From: a virus
Taxonomy: Duplodnaviria; Caudoviricetes
Strand: one strand, 5' to 3'
Virus record (IMG/VR): IMGVR_UViG_2910013374_000001
Span: 1 to 64,000 of that record
DNA: 64,000 nt
The position numbers and the translations under genes are program-made. The notes under the pieces were generated by a model, which worked only from the letters and a program-made list of their open reading frames with translations, was not told the DNA's origin and searched no databases. Of this stretch, positions 1 through 9,015 are shown piece by piece; position 1 is the first letter of the stretch; each line of letters opens with the position of its first letter.

Positions 1-288
1 ATGGCTCGAGGTGGAGACAAGCACCGCAGAAGGCAGCGTCAAAAGAAACTTCTCGAGCAACAGATTGCTGAATACCAACCACGTCCCGATCATGAAGATG
101 GGCCCAGTGGTGGTCAGTTTTATGTCCTGAATATGGAGACGGGAGAAAAGACTCCTGGCCTCAATCTGAAAGAGGCAAAAGCTCTATGGCGCCAACTTCC
201 AAAAGCGATGTATCTCGAGATGGAGAACTACACGCCAGGTCGTGCACCTCTGCAGGCCAAGTTTGATGCTGGTCGCATACCTGACTAG
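1..288 (+). CDS. hypothetical protein (may be 5'-truncated by the window edge)
   Basis: 95-aa ORF starting at base 1; no recognisable motif. Confidence 0.5.
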   Translation: MARGGDKHRRRQRQKKLLEQQIAEYQPRPDHEDGPSGGQFYVLNMETGEKTPGLNLKEAKALWRQLPKAMYLEMENYTPGRAPLQAKFDAGRIPD

Positions 289-300
289 ATCCTTTTTGCA

Positions 301-393
301 GCTCGTCGGGTAACTCACCCGAAGGTCAAACCTGCCCGTCGGGTAACTCGCACGAAGGTCTTTCCTGCTCGTCGGGTAACTCACCCGAAGGTC
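301..393. repeat. three 27-bp direct repeats at 33-bp period, with a TCGGGT-N5-ACCCGA palindrome core
   Basis: GCTCGTCGGGTAACTCACCCGAAGGTC at 301 and 367; variant with 3 mismatches at 334. Confidence 0.9.
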
Positions 394-437
394 GGGAGTT
401 CACTCCTGTCGGGTTGTGATTGATGTCTTAGCGTCGA

Positions 438-665
438 ATGTTCGCTTCTTGCTTGGTGTCTACTGAACGCAGCTTTCAAGGGGACTGGGTCGACACAACG
501 GTGATGTGTGAATTGCTTTGCTGCCATAGGAGGACCCTCTACAGGCTTAAGCAGGCCGGCTACTTGTCCGAGGGCAGGCACTGCAGAAAGAAGAATCCGC
601 TAGCTCCCAGAGGTGAATTTGTTTGGCATCGAACCCGCGTGTTGATCAAGATGGGGGCTCAATAG
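438..665 (+). CDS. small HTH DNA-binding protein (excisionase/MerR-like)
   Basis: WVDTTVMCELLCCHRRTLYRLK..G.L..G.H pattern typical of Xis-like winged HTH proteins. Confidence 0.55.
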   Translation: MFASCLVSTERSFQGDWVDTTVMCELLCCHRRTLYRLKQAGYLSEGRHCRKKNPLAPRGEFVWHRTRVLIKMGAQ

Positions 666-680
666 ATTCCGCATGGGCAA

Positions 681-709
681 CAAAAAACCCGCCCTGTGAA
701 GAGCGGGTC
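681..709 (-). terminator. rho-independent terminator
   Basis: minus strand ACCCGCTC-TTCACA-GGGCGGGT followed by a T run. Confidence 0.7.
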
Positions 710-761
710 CGTTCCCAACAACCAGGCCGACTACCGACCTGAGACAAGCTACGAGTCGTCC

Positions 762-1706
762 TTAAATCGCAACCCCAGTAGTGGTTCGGCCAGCGTTTAG
801 GTGTGCAACTTTCTCCTCGTTCTTAAGAGCAGGGAGAGCTTTTGCAGCGGAGCTGGATGTGATTTCTCCACCACACTGTTTCTCAAGCGTGGACCAACCG
901 TCGACGGTCAGACCGGACAAACGTGCCTGCTTATAAAGAGCACCGATTGCTCCCTTCAGATCTGTCCGCTCTGGCAGATCGTCAGACACCTTGGCATCCA
1001 CCGCAGGGACCGTCTCCGTCTTCACCGGTTCCGGAGTAGAGACCGAAGGCGCTTCCTTCATCTCCGTCTCCACCTCCTTCCCCGCGAACGCTTCCTTGAT
1101 CGCGTTCTGTGCGGCGGCCATCTTCTGACCTTCCTCTGGGTCGGCTTTGGTCACCTTCTTTTCGCTTTTCGGTGCGGGTGATGAAGCCTCGGGGCGAGTG
1201 AAGCCAGCTTGGTCCATCTCCTCCTGGGCATACAAGCCACCAAGCAGATCGGAGAAACCGAGACGAAGTGCAGCGGCCAGGGCGACCTTGCGGATCATCG
1301 TCGATGGCATTTTCTGCCAGAGGTTGCTTCCTTTGTAGTCATCGAAGCGTGCGGCAGAAGTGAAACCGCGAGAACAACCGCGGCGATACACGGTCACGGC
1401 GCAAGCAGCTGGTGGTGCCTTCGGCAGCCAGACCGGAGTGCTGTTTGCTTCAGCGTCGTAGAAGATAACATCGACGCCATCGAGTTGAGCGGCCACCACT
1501 TTGAGCATCCCGTTGATGCTGGTGATGAAGGTTGCGCGGTTTCCTTTGGGGATCGCGTAGAGCTCGTTGTTCAGTGGATCAAGGCCCCGACTGATGGCCA
1601 TGTGCTCGAGCAGAGCGAGATTGGCGGCGTCCAGGCCCTTGCCAACAGTTGCTGCGACCAGCTTCTTGGTGTGGTCGTCCCACCTTGCAGATGCTTCAGG
1701 ACTCAT
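762..1706 (-). CDS. bet: Bet/RecT-family single-strand annealing recombinase
   Basis: GLDPL..ELY and W.KMP.TMIRKVA...ALR.GF...LGGLY..EEM signature motifs. Confidence 0.85.
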   Translation of the reverse strand: MSPEASARWDDHTKKLVAATVGKGLDAANLALLEHMAISRGLDPLNNELYAIPKGNRATFITSINGMLKVVAAQLDGVDVIFYDAEANSTPVWLPKAPPAACAVTVYRRGCSRGFTSAARFDDYKGSNLWQKMPSTMIRKVALAAALRLGFSDLLGGLYAQEEMDQAGFTRPEASSPAPKSEKKVTKADPEEGQKMAAAQNAIKEAFAGKEVETEMKEAPSVSTPEPVKTETVPAVDAKVSDDLPERTDLKGAIGALYKQARLSGLTVDGWSTLEKQCGGEITSSSAAKALPALKNEEKVAHLNAGRTTTGVAI

Positions 1707-1775
1707 AAGTTGGGGAGGCTGAGTGTGCCCCCCAAGCTACGAGGTGTCAAAACGTGAATCCTGATTCGTGTTACC

Positions 1776-2291
1776 TCAAACCACGCCCCAGGTGTTCTGC
1801 TTTTTTTCGAACCTCTGCACGGTGCTCATCGCGGTTCTGAATTCAGGCATGTCCCGAACGTCGCGTGAGTTTTGAGCGCAGGTGGTGATCAACTGCTCGA
1901 ACGCTTCAGGTTCCTCGGCGTCGTACCAGTAGTTCATGTCGTGAATGTGGGGCTCGTTGCGCATGTGCATCGCGACCCGATGTCTTCCTTTGGCTCCAAA
2001 CACCCGTGTGGCCAGTTGTTCTGCCAGTGTTGCCTGAAGACTCAACGGGTCGATGTAGCAGTCGATGTTCTGTGGAACGGGGCGAAAAAGCCGGCGCTGC
2101 TCATCGACTGGTTCCCAGCACTTGATGTCAAAGCCGTGGCTGACCATTGCTGTTGACGAATCGATCAGCTCGATTCTCCCGACGTTGGCCATGTCCTCTG
2201 TGAGGAACATGCAGTCCCAGCTCCGAGTGCGCAAAAGGCTTTCGATGTCTGCATCAGTTGCAAGGGTTGCAAGCAGGAGTTCGACAGTCAT
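1776..2291 (-). CDS. hypothetical protein
   Basis: 171-aa ORF co-oriented with bet and preceded by a GTTCTAGTTCTTAC box. Confidence 0.6.
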   Translation of the reverse strand: MTVELLLATLATDADIESLLRTRSWDCMFLTEDMANVGRIELIDSSTAMVSHGFDIKCWEPVDEQRRLFRPVPQNIDCYIDPLSLQATLAEQLATRVFGAKGRHRVAMHMRNEPHIHDMNYWYDAEEPEAFEQLITTCAQNSRDVRDMPEFRTAMSTVQRFEKKQNTWGVV

Positions 2292-2368
2292 GATAAGAAA
2301 TTGATAGAAGAAAGATACGAGTAAGAACTAGAACAGGTGTTGCGCAAGGGAGAAGGCCCTCCCAGGCA

Positions 2369-3112
2369 TCAGCCGATCGCTGTGACGACGGCTTCAGGGT
2401 TGCGCTTCTTGCCATCAAGAGCTTCGAGCGCAGTGCAGATGTTGCCGATTTCAGCGGTCACTTCATCAGGAGTGAATTCCTCGAGGTGAGCAGCTGCAGA
2501 GATCATCCGAGTGGCCTGGGCTGCGCTGAGCTTCTTAGTGAAGATCGACTTGGCTGAACTGAAGTCTTTGCCGGAATCGCGGATCACAGTTTCGATGAAT
2601 GTGCCGAGCTGGGCTGCGACTTTTGAGAAGTCTTGGCTTTCAGAGGCACCGCCGACAACGCCGGGAACTTTGATGTATCCGAGATAGAGCTCCATCCAGC
2701 CGCCTTGAGTCAGGGGCTCGTTGGTGCGTGGGTCGATGATTGGCTCAGCGTCCTTGAGCATCTCTTCGATGCGTGCGGTCAGCGTTGATGTGCCAAGGGT
2801 TTTGAGAACTGCTTTTTCGTTCTTGTAGGCCCAGGTTGCAAGGTTGATCGCGCCGAGGGCGTCGATTGTCTTGACTCCGAGCATCCGCATCCGGCCGTTG
2901 CGAATGTGGCTGATCTGACTGGTGTGAAGTGCACCTTCCTCAGAGAGGGCCCAGCTGGCCAGCTCCTCAAGGTTTGGGTGGCTCCAATTGTTTCGGCTCA
3001 GCCAGTAAACAAGAACTGCGGACGTGTGTGTCTTCCCAAAGTCACGTCGAGCCGCGTTATCCATAAGGACCTGGGAGCGATCGAGGGTGCTTGGGATGGT
3101 TGCAGTAGTCAT
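2369..3112 (-). CDS. XRE-like HTH regulator (candidate repressor)
   Basis: WSHPNLEELA...LHTSQISHIRNG resembles an XRE HTH; divergent from a small HTH gene; TTGACA on the minus strand at 3201-3206. Confidence 0.55.
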   Translation of the reverse strand: MTTATIPSTLDRSQVLMDNAARRDFGKTHTSAVLVYWLSRNNWSHPNLEELASWALSEEGALHTSQISHIRNGRMRMLGVKTIDALGAINLATWAYKNEKAVLKTLGTSTLTARIEEMLKDAEPIIDPRTNEPLTQGGWMELYLGYIKVPGVVGGASESQDFSKVAAQLGTFIETVIRDSGKDFSSAKSIFTKKLSAAQATRMISAAAHLEEFTPDEVTAEIGNICTALEALDGKKRNPEAVVTAIG

Positions 3113-3289
3113 GGGGGGTGGGTTCAGTGAGCAGGTTGTCGATGCCGTGGCTTCGAGTTGATCGGTTCGACCCCTCTGTCATACATCGGACAGGTCGAGG
3201 TGTCAATCATCTGGTTAGGCGAACAGGGTTGATCGTCTGTTTTGATACACAGCGAAACAGGAAGAATTGGTGAGTACACATTGAGATCA

Positions 3290-3469
3290 ATGCCTGGCCG
3301 AGCGGGAGATGTGACAACGAACAGGCACCGGCCAAGCGTTCGCGAACGGGTCTTGAAGCTTGTTGACCAGGGTTTTTCAGCTGAAGAGATCGGCAGGCGG
3401 ATGAAAGGCTTGATCGATCGAACAACAATTCAGCTTTGGGTCAAAGCACATCGAGGAGGTGACGAGTAG
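3290..3469 (+). CDS. small HTH protein (Cro-like position)
   Basis: RERVLKLVDQGFSAEEIGRRM..IDRTTIQLW HTH; sits between the putative repressor and rep. Confidence 0.6.
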   Translation: MPGRAGDVTTNRHRPSVRERVLKLVDQGFSAEEIGRRMKGLIDRTTIQLWVKAHRGGDE

Positions 3470-3516
3470 GTCGTCATCAGGACTCATAGCTTGTCCTGTT
3501 CCAACTCCAACACGGC

Positions 3517-4413
3517 ATGACCCGAAAGGTCTTGAACATCAGTCTTGATCAGATCGCTTGGATCATCCAGGCCCTCGGATGCAAGTCCAACGAGGCGCTT
3601 CGCCTCCTGCAGCTCTACGGATACCTCGAGCACATCGTCTCGGAAGGCAACGCTGTCTGCTTTAAGCAGACCGTCTATCACAAGAAAACTGGCTTCACTC
3701 GCGACACCATCCGCCGAGATCTTGCGACCTTGTCGGCTCGGCGCTGGATCGAGGTTTTTACGACTGCAAACGGCACGTCTGTCGAGGTGCATGACATCCC
3801 CTTCGATGAGGCGCCAGTGAAGAGCAGCTCTTCGGTGACGAGTAGGTCGTCGGTGACGAGAGAGTCTTCGCTAGGTGACGAGCAGGTCTCCACTGAGGTG
3901 ACGACTGAGTCTTCAACAGATAAGAAGGCTTTTAAGAAACCTCCTTCGGAGGAGAAGAAGGCACCAACCCCTTCTCTCAAGGAAGAACTCATCTCTGCCT
4001 GGAACTCACACAAGCCAAAGGTCTGGCCGACGATGAAAGGGATCTCCCCTTCTCGTGAGCGTTCGATCAAAGCTCTCGGCGGTTACCGGGAAGTGATCGA
4101 TCTGTTGCCCTCCTCGTTGGCCGGCGCCAAGGCGACCCGGTTCTGGAACAGCAAGCCCATGACCTGGGAGAACCTGATCGGCAGCGGCACGACACCAAAG
4201 GGGCATCTGCACTCGCTGGCGGAAGTTGTTCCTTCAGCTGGTCTGGGTTCGAACTCCAACAACGCCCCGTACCCTGTGGAGCACGAGGACTTCTTTGCGC
4301 CTGATCCAAAGACCGGCGACATGCGACCCAAGCATGGCTTCGCAAGTCCAGAGGATCGCAAGGCAGCCGAAGAGTCCGCCCGCGCCTTCTACACCCAACT
4401 CCAGGAGGGCTGA
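3517..4413 (+). CDS. replication initiator (lambda O / replisome-organiser-like)
   Basis: N-terminal winged HTH (KTGFTRDTIRRDLATL), Ser-rich linker encoding iterons, directly upstream of DnaB. Confidence 0.75.
   Translation: MTRKVLNISLDQIAWIIQALGCKSNEALRLLQLYGYLEHIVSEGNAVCFKQTVYHKKTGFTRDTIRRDLATLSARRWIEVFTTANGTSVEVHDIPFDEAPVKSSSSVTSRSSVTRESSLGDEQVSTEVTTESSTDKKAFKKPPSEEKKAPTPSLKEELISAWNSHKPKVWPTMKGISPSRERSIKALGGYREVIDLLPSSLAGAKATRFWNSKPMTWENLIGSGTTPKGHLHSLAEVVPSAGLGSNSNNAPYPVEHEDFFAPDPKTGDMRPKHGFASPEDRKAAEESARAFYTQLQEG
3818..3945. promoter_or_regulatory. putative replication origin: five 17-bp iterons plus an A/T-rich tract inside rep
   Basis: TGA(C/A)GA-N5-TC(G/T)(T/C)C(A/G) at 3818, 3836, 3854, 3876, 3899, then ACAGATAAGAAGGCTTTTAAGAAA. 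Confidence 0.75.
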
Positions 4414-4416
4414 TCC

Positions 4417-6015
4417 ATGACCGACCAGATCCAAGACCAGGTTCTTTCGGCAGTCGATGAGCTGATCGCCGAAGGAACTTTCGTGAATGGCCCCGAGGGC
4501 CTCAGCCTTGCCGACGAGCAGGCCACCCTCGACTCGCTGGATGATCGCCGCGAAGAGCGCAAGGCCAGCCAGATCGACACCGATGACTCCAGCGATCAGG
4601 AACGCCTGATCCTTGGATTCACTCTCAATGGTGAGAAGGACAACGGCCCGATCTGGGCGAAGTTCCGCCAAGCGCTTGGCTTACGTCCTGACCAGACCGT
4701 TCCTGAGAGCATCTGGTCTGAGGGCACCCACCACCGCCTCGCTGAGGAGATCGATGCGATCTTCCGCGGAAACCGTGACGTCCGGACCTTGAACGGCCGG
4801 ACCTTGATCGAGAGCTACAAGCTCCGGGTCGAGCGTGATCAAGCTCACGGCTCGGTGCAGGCTCTTTCACAGATGGTGGTTGAGCTTCGCGAAGAAGCAG
4901 GCAGCTTCGTCGAGAACGACATGCTGATCGCAATCGAGCTTTTGCAATCAAGCAGAGCCCGCTCGATCTTGAAGCTCGCCAACCGGAACCTCGAGAACGC
5001 CCTCCGCCGGGATCGCAATGTCGAGACCGTTGTGCAGGACATGCAGCGCACCATCGAGAGCGCCAAGTCCTTGGTCGCTGGTCGCTTGGGTGAGGACATC
5101 GAGCTGAGCAGCTTTGCCTCGATCCAGGACGAGCTCGCTGACGCCATGACTGCAGTGAAAGATCTGCCGATCTCCACCGGCATCGTCGCTCTGGACATGG
5201 ATCTTCAGGGAGGTGTTCAGCCGAGCGATACGGGGAAGCTCAACGTGATCGGCGCGAGAACCGGAGTCGGCAAAACGACGCTCGGAGCCGCTGCAGCGAT
5301 GGGCCTCACTCTTAACGGCGGAAACACCTTGTTCTTGTCGACTGAGCTGAACACCCGCGAAATCGGTGCCCGTTGCCTGAGCCACTACGCCTACCACCGG
5401 AACTTCATGCAGTGCCGCTCTTGGGTTCTCGAGGGACGCGGGAAGAAGCGGGAGATCCCGCAGGGCTACGAGGAAATGATGCAGCAGTGGACCACTGAAA
5501 AGCAGGACGGAACGATCGGCGACATCAACTTCAGGGCGATGTTCCACGCATCAGCAGAGGACATGGTCGACGCGATGTATGCAGCCAAGGCGAAGAACCC
5601 CCGCCTGAGTTCTGTATTCCTGGATCACTTCCATGCCCTGCGCCCTTCAAAGGGATACAGCAACCGCTCCCAGGAGATGGAAGCCCGCATCCTTTTCCTT
5701 CATCAAGCGGCGAAAGCTTGCCATGTGGATCTGTTCTTGATGGCGCAGCTAAACCGTGACGCCTGCCTGGCGAACAAGCCAAGCATCGAGCACATCAATG
5801 GCACCGATGCGATCGGTCAGTTGGCAACAGCTGCCTGGTTGCTCGAGTTCCCGAAAAGAGAAGAGGGTGTCGCCTTCAATCCCGGCGTCCTCGATTGCTT
5901 CCACGGCAAGTTCCGCAACGGCCAGCGAATTGGAGACGACTTCGTCAATCACGAACAGTCGATCCTCCAGATCAACCGCGAGTACATCACCATCACTTCA
6001 GAGGCTCACGTCTGA
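4417..6015 (+). CDS. dnaB: DnaB-like replicative helicase
   Basis: ISTGIVALD, Walker A GARTGVGKT, LFLSTE, VFLDH, MAQLNR and KFRNG motifs. Confidence 0.9.
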   Translation: MTDQIQDQVLSAVDELIAEGTFVNGPEGLSLADEQATLDSLDDRREERKASQIDTDDSSDQERLILGFTLNGEKDNGPIWAKFRQALGLRPDQTVPESIWSEGTHHRLAEEIDAIFRGNRDVRTLNGRTLIESYKLRVERDQAHGSVQALSQMVVELREEAGSFVENDMLIAIELLQSSRARSILKLANRNLENALRRDRNVETVVQDMQRTIESAKSLVAGRLGEDIELSSFASIQDELADAMTAVKDLPISTGIVALDMDLQGGVQPSDTGKLNVIGARTGVGKTTLGAAAAMGLTLNGGNTLFLSTELNTREIGARCLSHYAYHRNFMQCRSWVLEGRGKKREIPQGYEEMMQQWTTEKQDGTIGDINFRAMFHASAEDMVDAMYAAKAKNPRLSSVFLDHFHALRPSKGYSNRSQEMEARILFLHQAAKACHVDLFLMAQLNRDACLANKPSIEHINGTDAIGQLATAAWLLEFPKREEGVAFNPGVLDCFHGKFRNGQRIGDDFVNHEQSILQINREYITITSEAHV

Positions 6016-7535
6016 TGAGACTTCACCAAAACACGATCGACCAAGTCCGGGATCGCGCTCAGATCCTCGATCAGTTTTCACAGGAGAACCTCAAGAAGGT
6101 GGGCTATGAGTTCGCCTCCAAGTGCCCCTGGCACGACGATCGTCGCCCCAGCCTCAGCATCAGCCCGCAGAAAAACTTCGCTTATTGCCACGTCTGCGCT
6201 CGAGGCGTGGATGCCATCGGCTGGGTTCAGGACCGCCAAGGCCTGAGCTTCTCCGAGGCTGTGATGAACCTGGCGGGCCAGTACAACATCGAGGTCCAGG
6301 CCGCTGACGAGGAGGACGCCAAGAAGTTCGAGGAAGAACGTCTTGAGAGAGCTTCCTTGTTTCGCCAGCGCGAACAGCAGCAAGAGCAATTCAGCGAGCG
6401 GATCTGGGATTCACCAGGCCTCGAGTATTTGCTCGGCCGTGAGTTGACAGCTGAGACGATCGAGGAATGGGGCATCGGCTTCAACGGAAATCGGGTGATG
6501 TTTCCTCTTTGTGATCCTCAAGGCCGGACCGTTGGCTTCACTGGCCGGGTCCTGGATGACTCCAAGCCCAAGTACAAGAACTCTCAGAACGACGCGATCT
6601 ACCAGAAGGCCAACCTTGTCTTCGGTTTGCACAAGGCACGCGAGCGGATCATGGCCACCAGCCAGGTGGTCATCACCGAGGGCCAGTTCGACGTGGTCCG
6701 TCTCTGGCAAGAAGACGTGCGCAATGTGATCGCGGTGTCTGGTTCCTCCCTGACCAGGGGCATGATCGAGAACCTGGTCCGCACCACCCGCGTGACTCAG
6801 GTCGTCCTCTGCTTCGACGGAGATCTTGGCGGGCAGAAGGCCGCCGAACGTGCGATCAACGAACTGCAGGAGTTCGCCCTTCGTGGTGAGCTGGATCTGC
6901 GGATCCTGGTGATGCCTGACACCCTCGACCCCGCTGACTGCGCTGAGGTTTTCCCCTTCCTTCTTGAGGAGGCGGTCTCCTGGGTGGAGTACATGTTCGA
7001 GCGTGCGGTCGAGAAGATCGACCTGACTGACCCGTATGCGATCACCACCGCAGAGCGTGGAGTCAAGCGAATCCTCCAGATCCTCCCGAAAGGCGGACTT
7101 CGCGAGTGGGTGCAGCGCAGGGCTAAAGAGGTCCTGAAGGCCATCCCTGACGTGAAGCCGGCCAAGGTTCAGACCCAGAAGCAGATCGACAGGTGTTCCT
7201 GGGCTGAGCGTCGTGCGATCCGTCTCTATTTGATGGATCAGGGGTGCAGGCCTGCTCTTGCTGAGATCAGCTACACGGACCCGAGGATGCAGCAAGCCTG
7301 GAAGATCATCGAAGTCCTGGAGGGAATGGGGCAAGACCGGATGCTGCGTATGGCATTCGCTGCGGTGATCCAGAAGCTCGAGCGTGATCTCTCTGATGAG
7401 CTGTCTTCGCTGTGCAACCCGATCAAGGAGGTCGCCCGCGTGATCGAGGCGAACCCCGTGAATGAACTGGAGGGAGCGATGGCCGTCCTGCTTTCCGAAT
7501 GCTGTTCGAGTTCGAACCCTGACCAAGACCGGTAG
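6015..7535 (+). CDS. dnaG: DNA primase
   Basis: CHC2 zinc finger CPWHDD...CHVC, KYKNS, TOPRIM TEGQFDV and CFDGD; ATG overlaps the dnaB stop. Confidence 0.95.
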   Translation: MRLHQNTIDQVRDRAQILDQFSQENLKKVGYEFASKCPWHDDRRPSLSISPQKNFAYCHVCARGVDAIGWVQDRQGLSFSEAVMNLAGQYNIEVQAADEEDAKKFEEERLERASLFRQREQQQEQFSERIWDSPGLEYLLGRELTAETIEEWGIGFNGNRVMFPLCDPQGRTVGFTGRVLDDSKPKYKNSQNDAIYQKANLVFGLHKARERIMATSQVVITEGQFDVVRLWQEDVRNVIAVSGSSLTRGMIENLVRTTRVTQVVLCFDGDLGGQKAAERAINELQEFALRGELDLRILVMPDTLDPADCAEVFPFLLEEAVSWVEYMFERAVEKIDLTDPYAITTAERGVKRILQILPKGGLREWVQRRAKEVLKAIPDVKPAKVQTQKQIDRCSWAERRAIRLYLMDQGCRPALAEISYTDPRMQQAWKIIEVLEGMGQDRMLRMAFAAVIQKLERDLSDELSSLCNPIKEVARVIEANPVNELEGAMAVLLSECCSSSNPDQDR

Positions 7536-7558
7536 CCTATCCCATTCGAGGAGGACTC

Positions 7559-7942
7559 GTGCGGACCAAAATCTTCCACGCCATTGGCTGGATCTCTGCC
7601 CGTCACATGGCCCACTTCGATGCTCAGAAAGTTCTGACAGCCAAAATCGGCGCCTTTTTCATGAAGGCCGCTGATCCCACCTGTTTCGAGTACTACGAGG
7701 CAGTGATGGTCCAAGGGCCGGAGCTTCAAGAGTTGAAAGCGCTTGATGCTGCGCTCGACATCAAGGAGCTGGCCAAGGGCCAGGGGGGCTGGGCCAACCA
7801 CCACGGGATTGGCCTCGACATGGTGTCCGGTGTGCTGATCGAGCAACACGGCTGGGACCCAGAAGATGTTCAGGACTTCGTGGACGACCTGACCGATGGC
7901 TTCTTCGCCTTCGGAGATACCGATTCCGACGAGCTCGACTGA
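7559..7942 (+). CDS. hypothetical protein
   Basis: 127-aa ORF in the replication operon. Confidence 0.55.
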   Translation: MRTKIFHAIGWISARHMAHFDAQKVLTAKIGAFFMKAADPTCFEYYEAVMVQGPELQELKALDAALDIKELAKGQGGWANHHGIGLDMVSGVLIEQHGWDPEDVQDFVDDLTDGFFAFGDTDSDELD

Positions 7943-8074
7943 TGCAGCGCACGTTTTGCCTGGGCCTGTGGAATCCCGCAGGTGCCAAGACCACTGAATT
8001 CAAGACCAAAGAAGAGCGCGAAGCGGCTCGCAAAGCTGCCACCGACGCTGGCTACATCTGTTGGGAGGTGGGCG

Positions 8075-8578
8075 ATGTCAACACTCGTTGACCACCAGAT
8101 CAGGAACCTGGCCCGTTCGGCTGACGCGATCCAGCCCTACAGCGAGGAGCAACTCAACCCCGCCAGCTACAACCTCCGAATTGGAACCAAGGGAATCATC
8201 GAGACCCCCCGCGGGAGGCGAACTGTTGATCTGACCAATGGCTTCAAGGTCGTTCCCGGTGGCTGGATCCTCACTGATGTGGAGGAGTTGATCTCCATTC
8301 CTTCAGACGTCGAGGCACAGGTGATCCTTCGCAGTTCCGCCGCCAGGCGTGGATGGGACCACGCTCTCGCTGGCTATGTCGACCCCGGCTACGAAGGCCG
8401 GCTCACCCTCGAGTTCGTGAACTGCTTGAAGTACGAGCACCTGACCATTCAGACCGGGATGCAGATGGTGCAGCTCAAGCTCTCAGGGCTCGATGCTCTC
8501 CCTGAGCGCGACTACAGCCTCACTGGCAGGTACTCAGGAGCGACCGAAGTCGAGGACTGTAAGGATTCAACCCTTTGA
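8075..8578 (+). CDS. dcd: dCTP deaminase
   Basis: LNPASYNLRIG, RSSAARRG, AGYVDPGYEGRLTLE motifs. Confidence 0.9.
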   Translation: MSTLVDHQIRNLARSADAIQPYSEEQLNPASYNLRIGTKGIIETPRGRRTVDLTNGFKVVPGGWILTDVEELISIPSDVEAQVILRSSAARRGWDHALAGYVDPGYEGRLTLEFVNCLKYEHLTIQTGMQMVQLKLSGLDALPERDYSLTGRYSGATEVEDCKDSTL

Positions 8579-8689
8579 TTCTGAAAGTTGCATGAGATGG
8601 GCGTGGTGTTGTTGACACCGCGTCTTTTTTATTGCTACGTTCTGTTTGTTCGTGATCGTATCGTGATCACACCACATCCACTCAAAGCC

Positions 8690-8851
8690 ATGAACAACCT
8701 TTTCTTTGTTTGTCTCCTTGGTATCTGGACGTTCGGATTCGGAGCCGGCATTGCTGCCGTCAGCAAGGTTGAGTCGAAAGCTCAGCTGATCGTCGACAGT
8801 CGCGTCGCCCAGTACTGCGAGGCAGGGCTCCTCGAGTTCTGCGATCGATGA
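8690..8851 (+). CDS. small membrane protein
   Basis: hydrophobic N-terminus; downstream of a TTGACA promoter at 8612. Confidence 0.5.
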   Translation: MNNLFFVCLLGIWTFGFGAGIAAVSKVESKAQLIVDSRVAQYCEAGLLEFCDR

Positions 8852-9015
8852 GCGAACACCCAGTCGATTGTCGAGGTGTGCGGCTGAACCCCAATTGTCG
8901 GCGTTCGGAAAACATCTACGTCCAGATCGCCAAGCACCGGGCGAAGCAGGGCAAGACCACCAAGCAACTCATCCAGGACGTCCTGGACAACTGATCACTT
9001 TCTTCTTTTTCTTCA

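Noticed and set aside
301-393. CRISPR array
   Set aside because: Spacers are only 6 bp and no cas genes are present; this is a tandem binding-site repeat.
6411-7526. Long antisense ORFs (also 9067-9903, 13089-13814, 61688-62560 and others)
   Set aside because: Shadows of GC-rich genes with strong codon bias; no motifs or expression signals.
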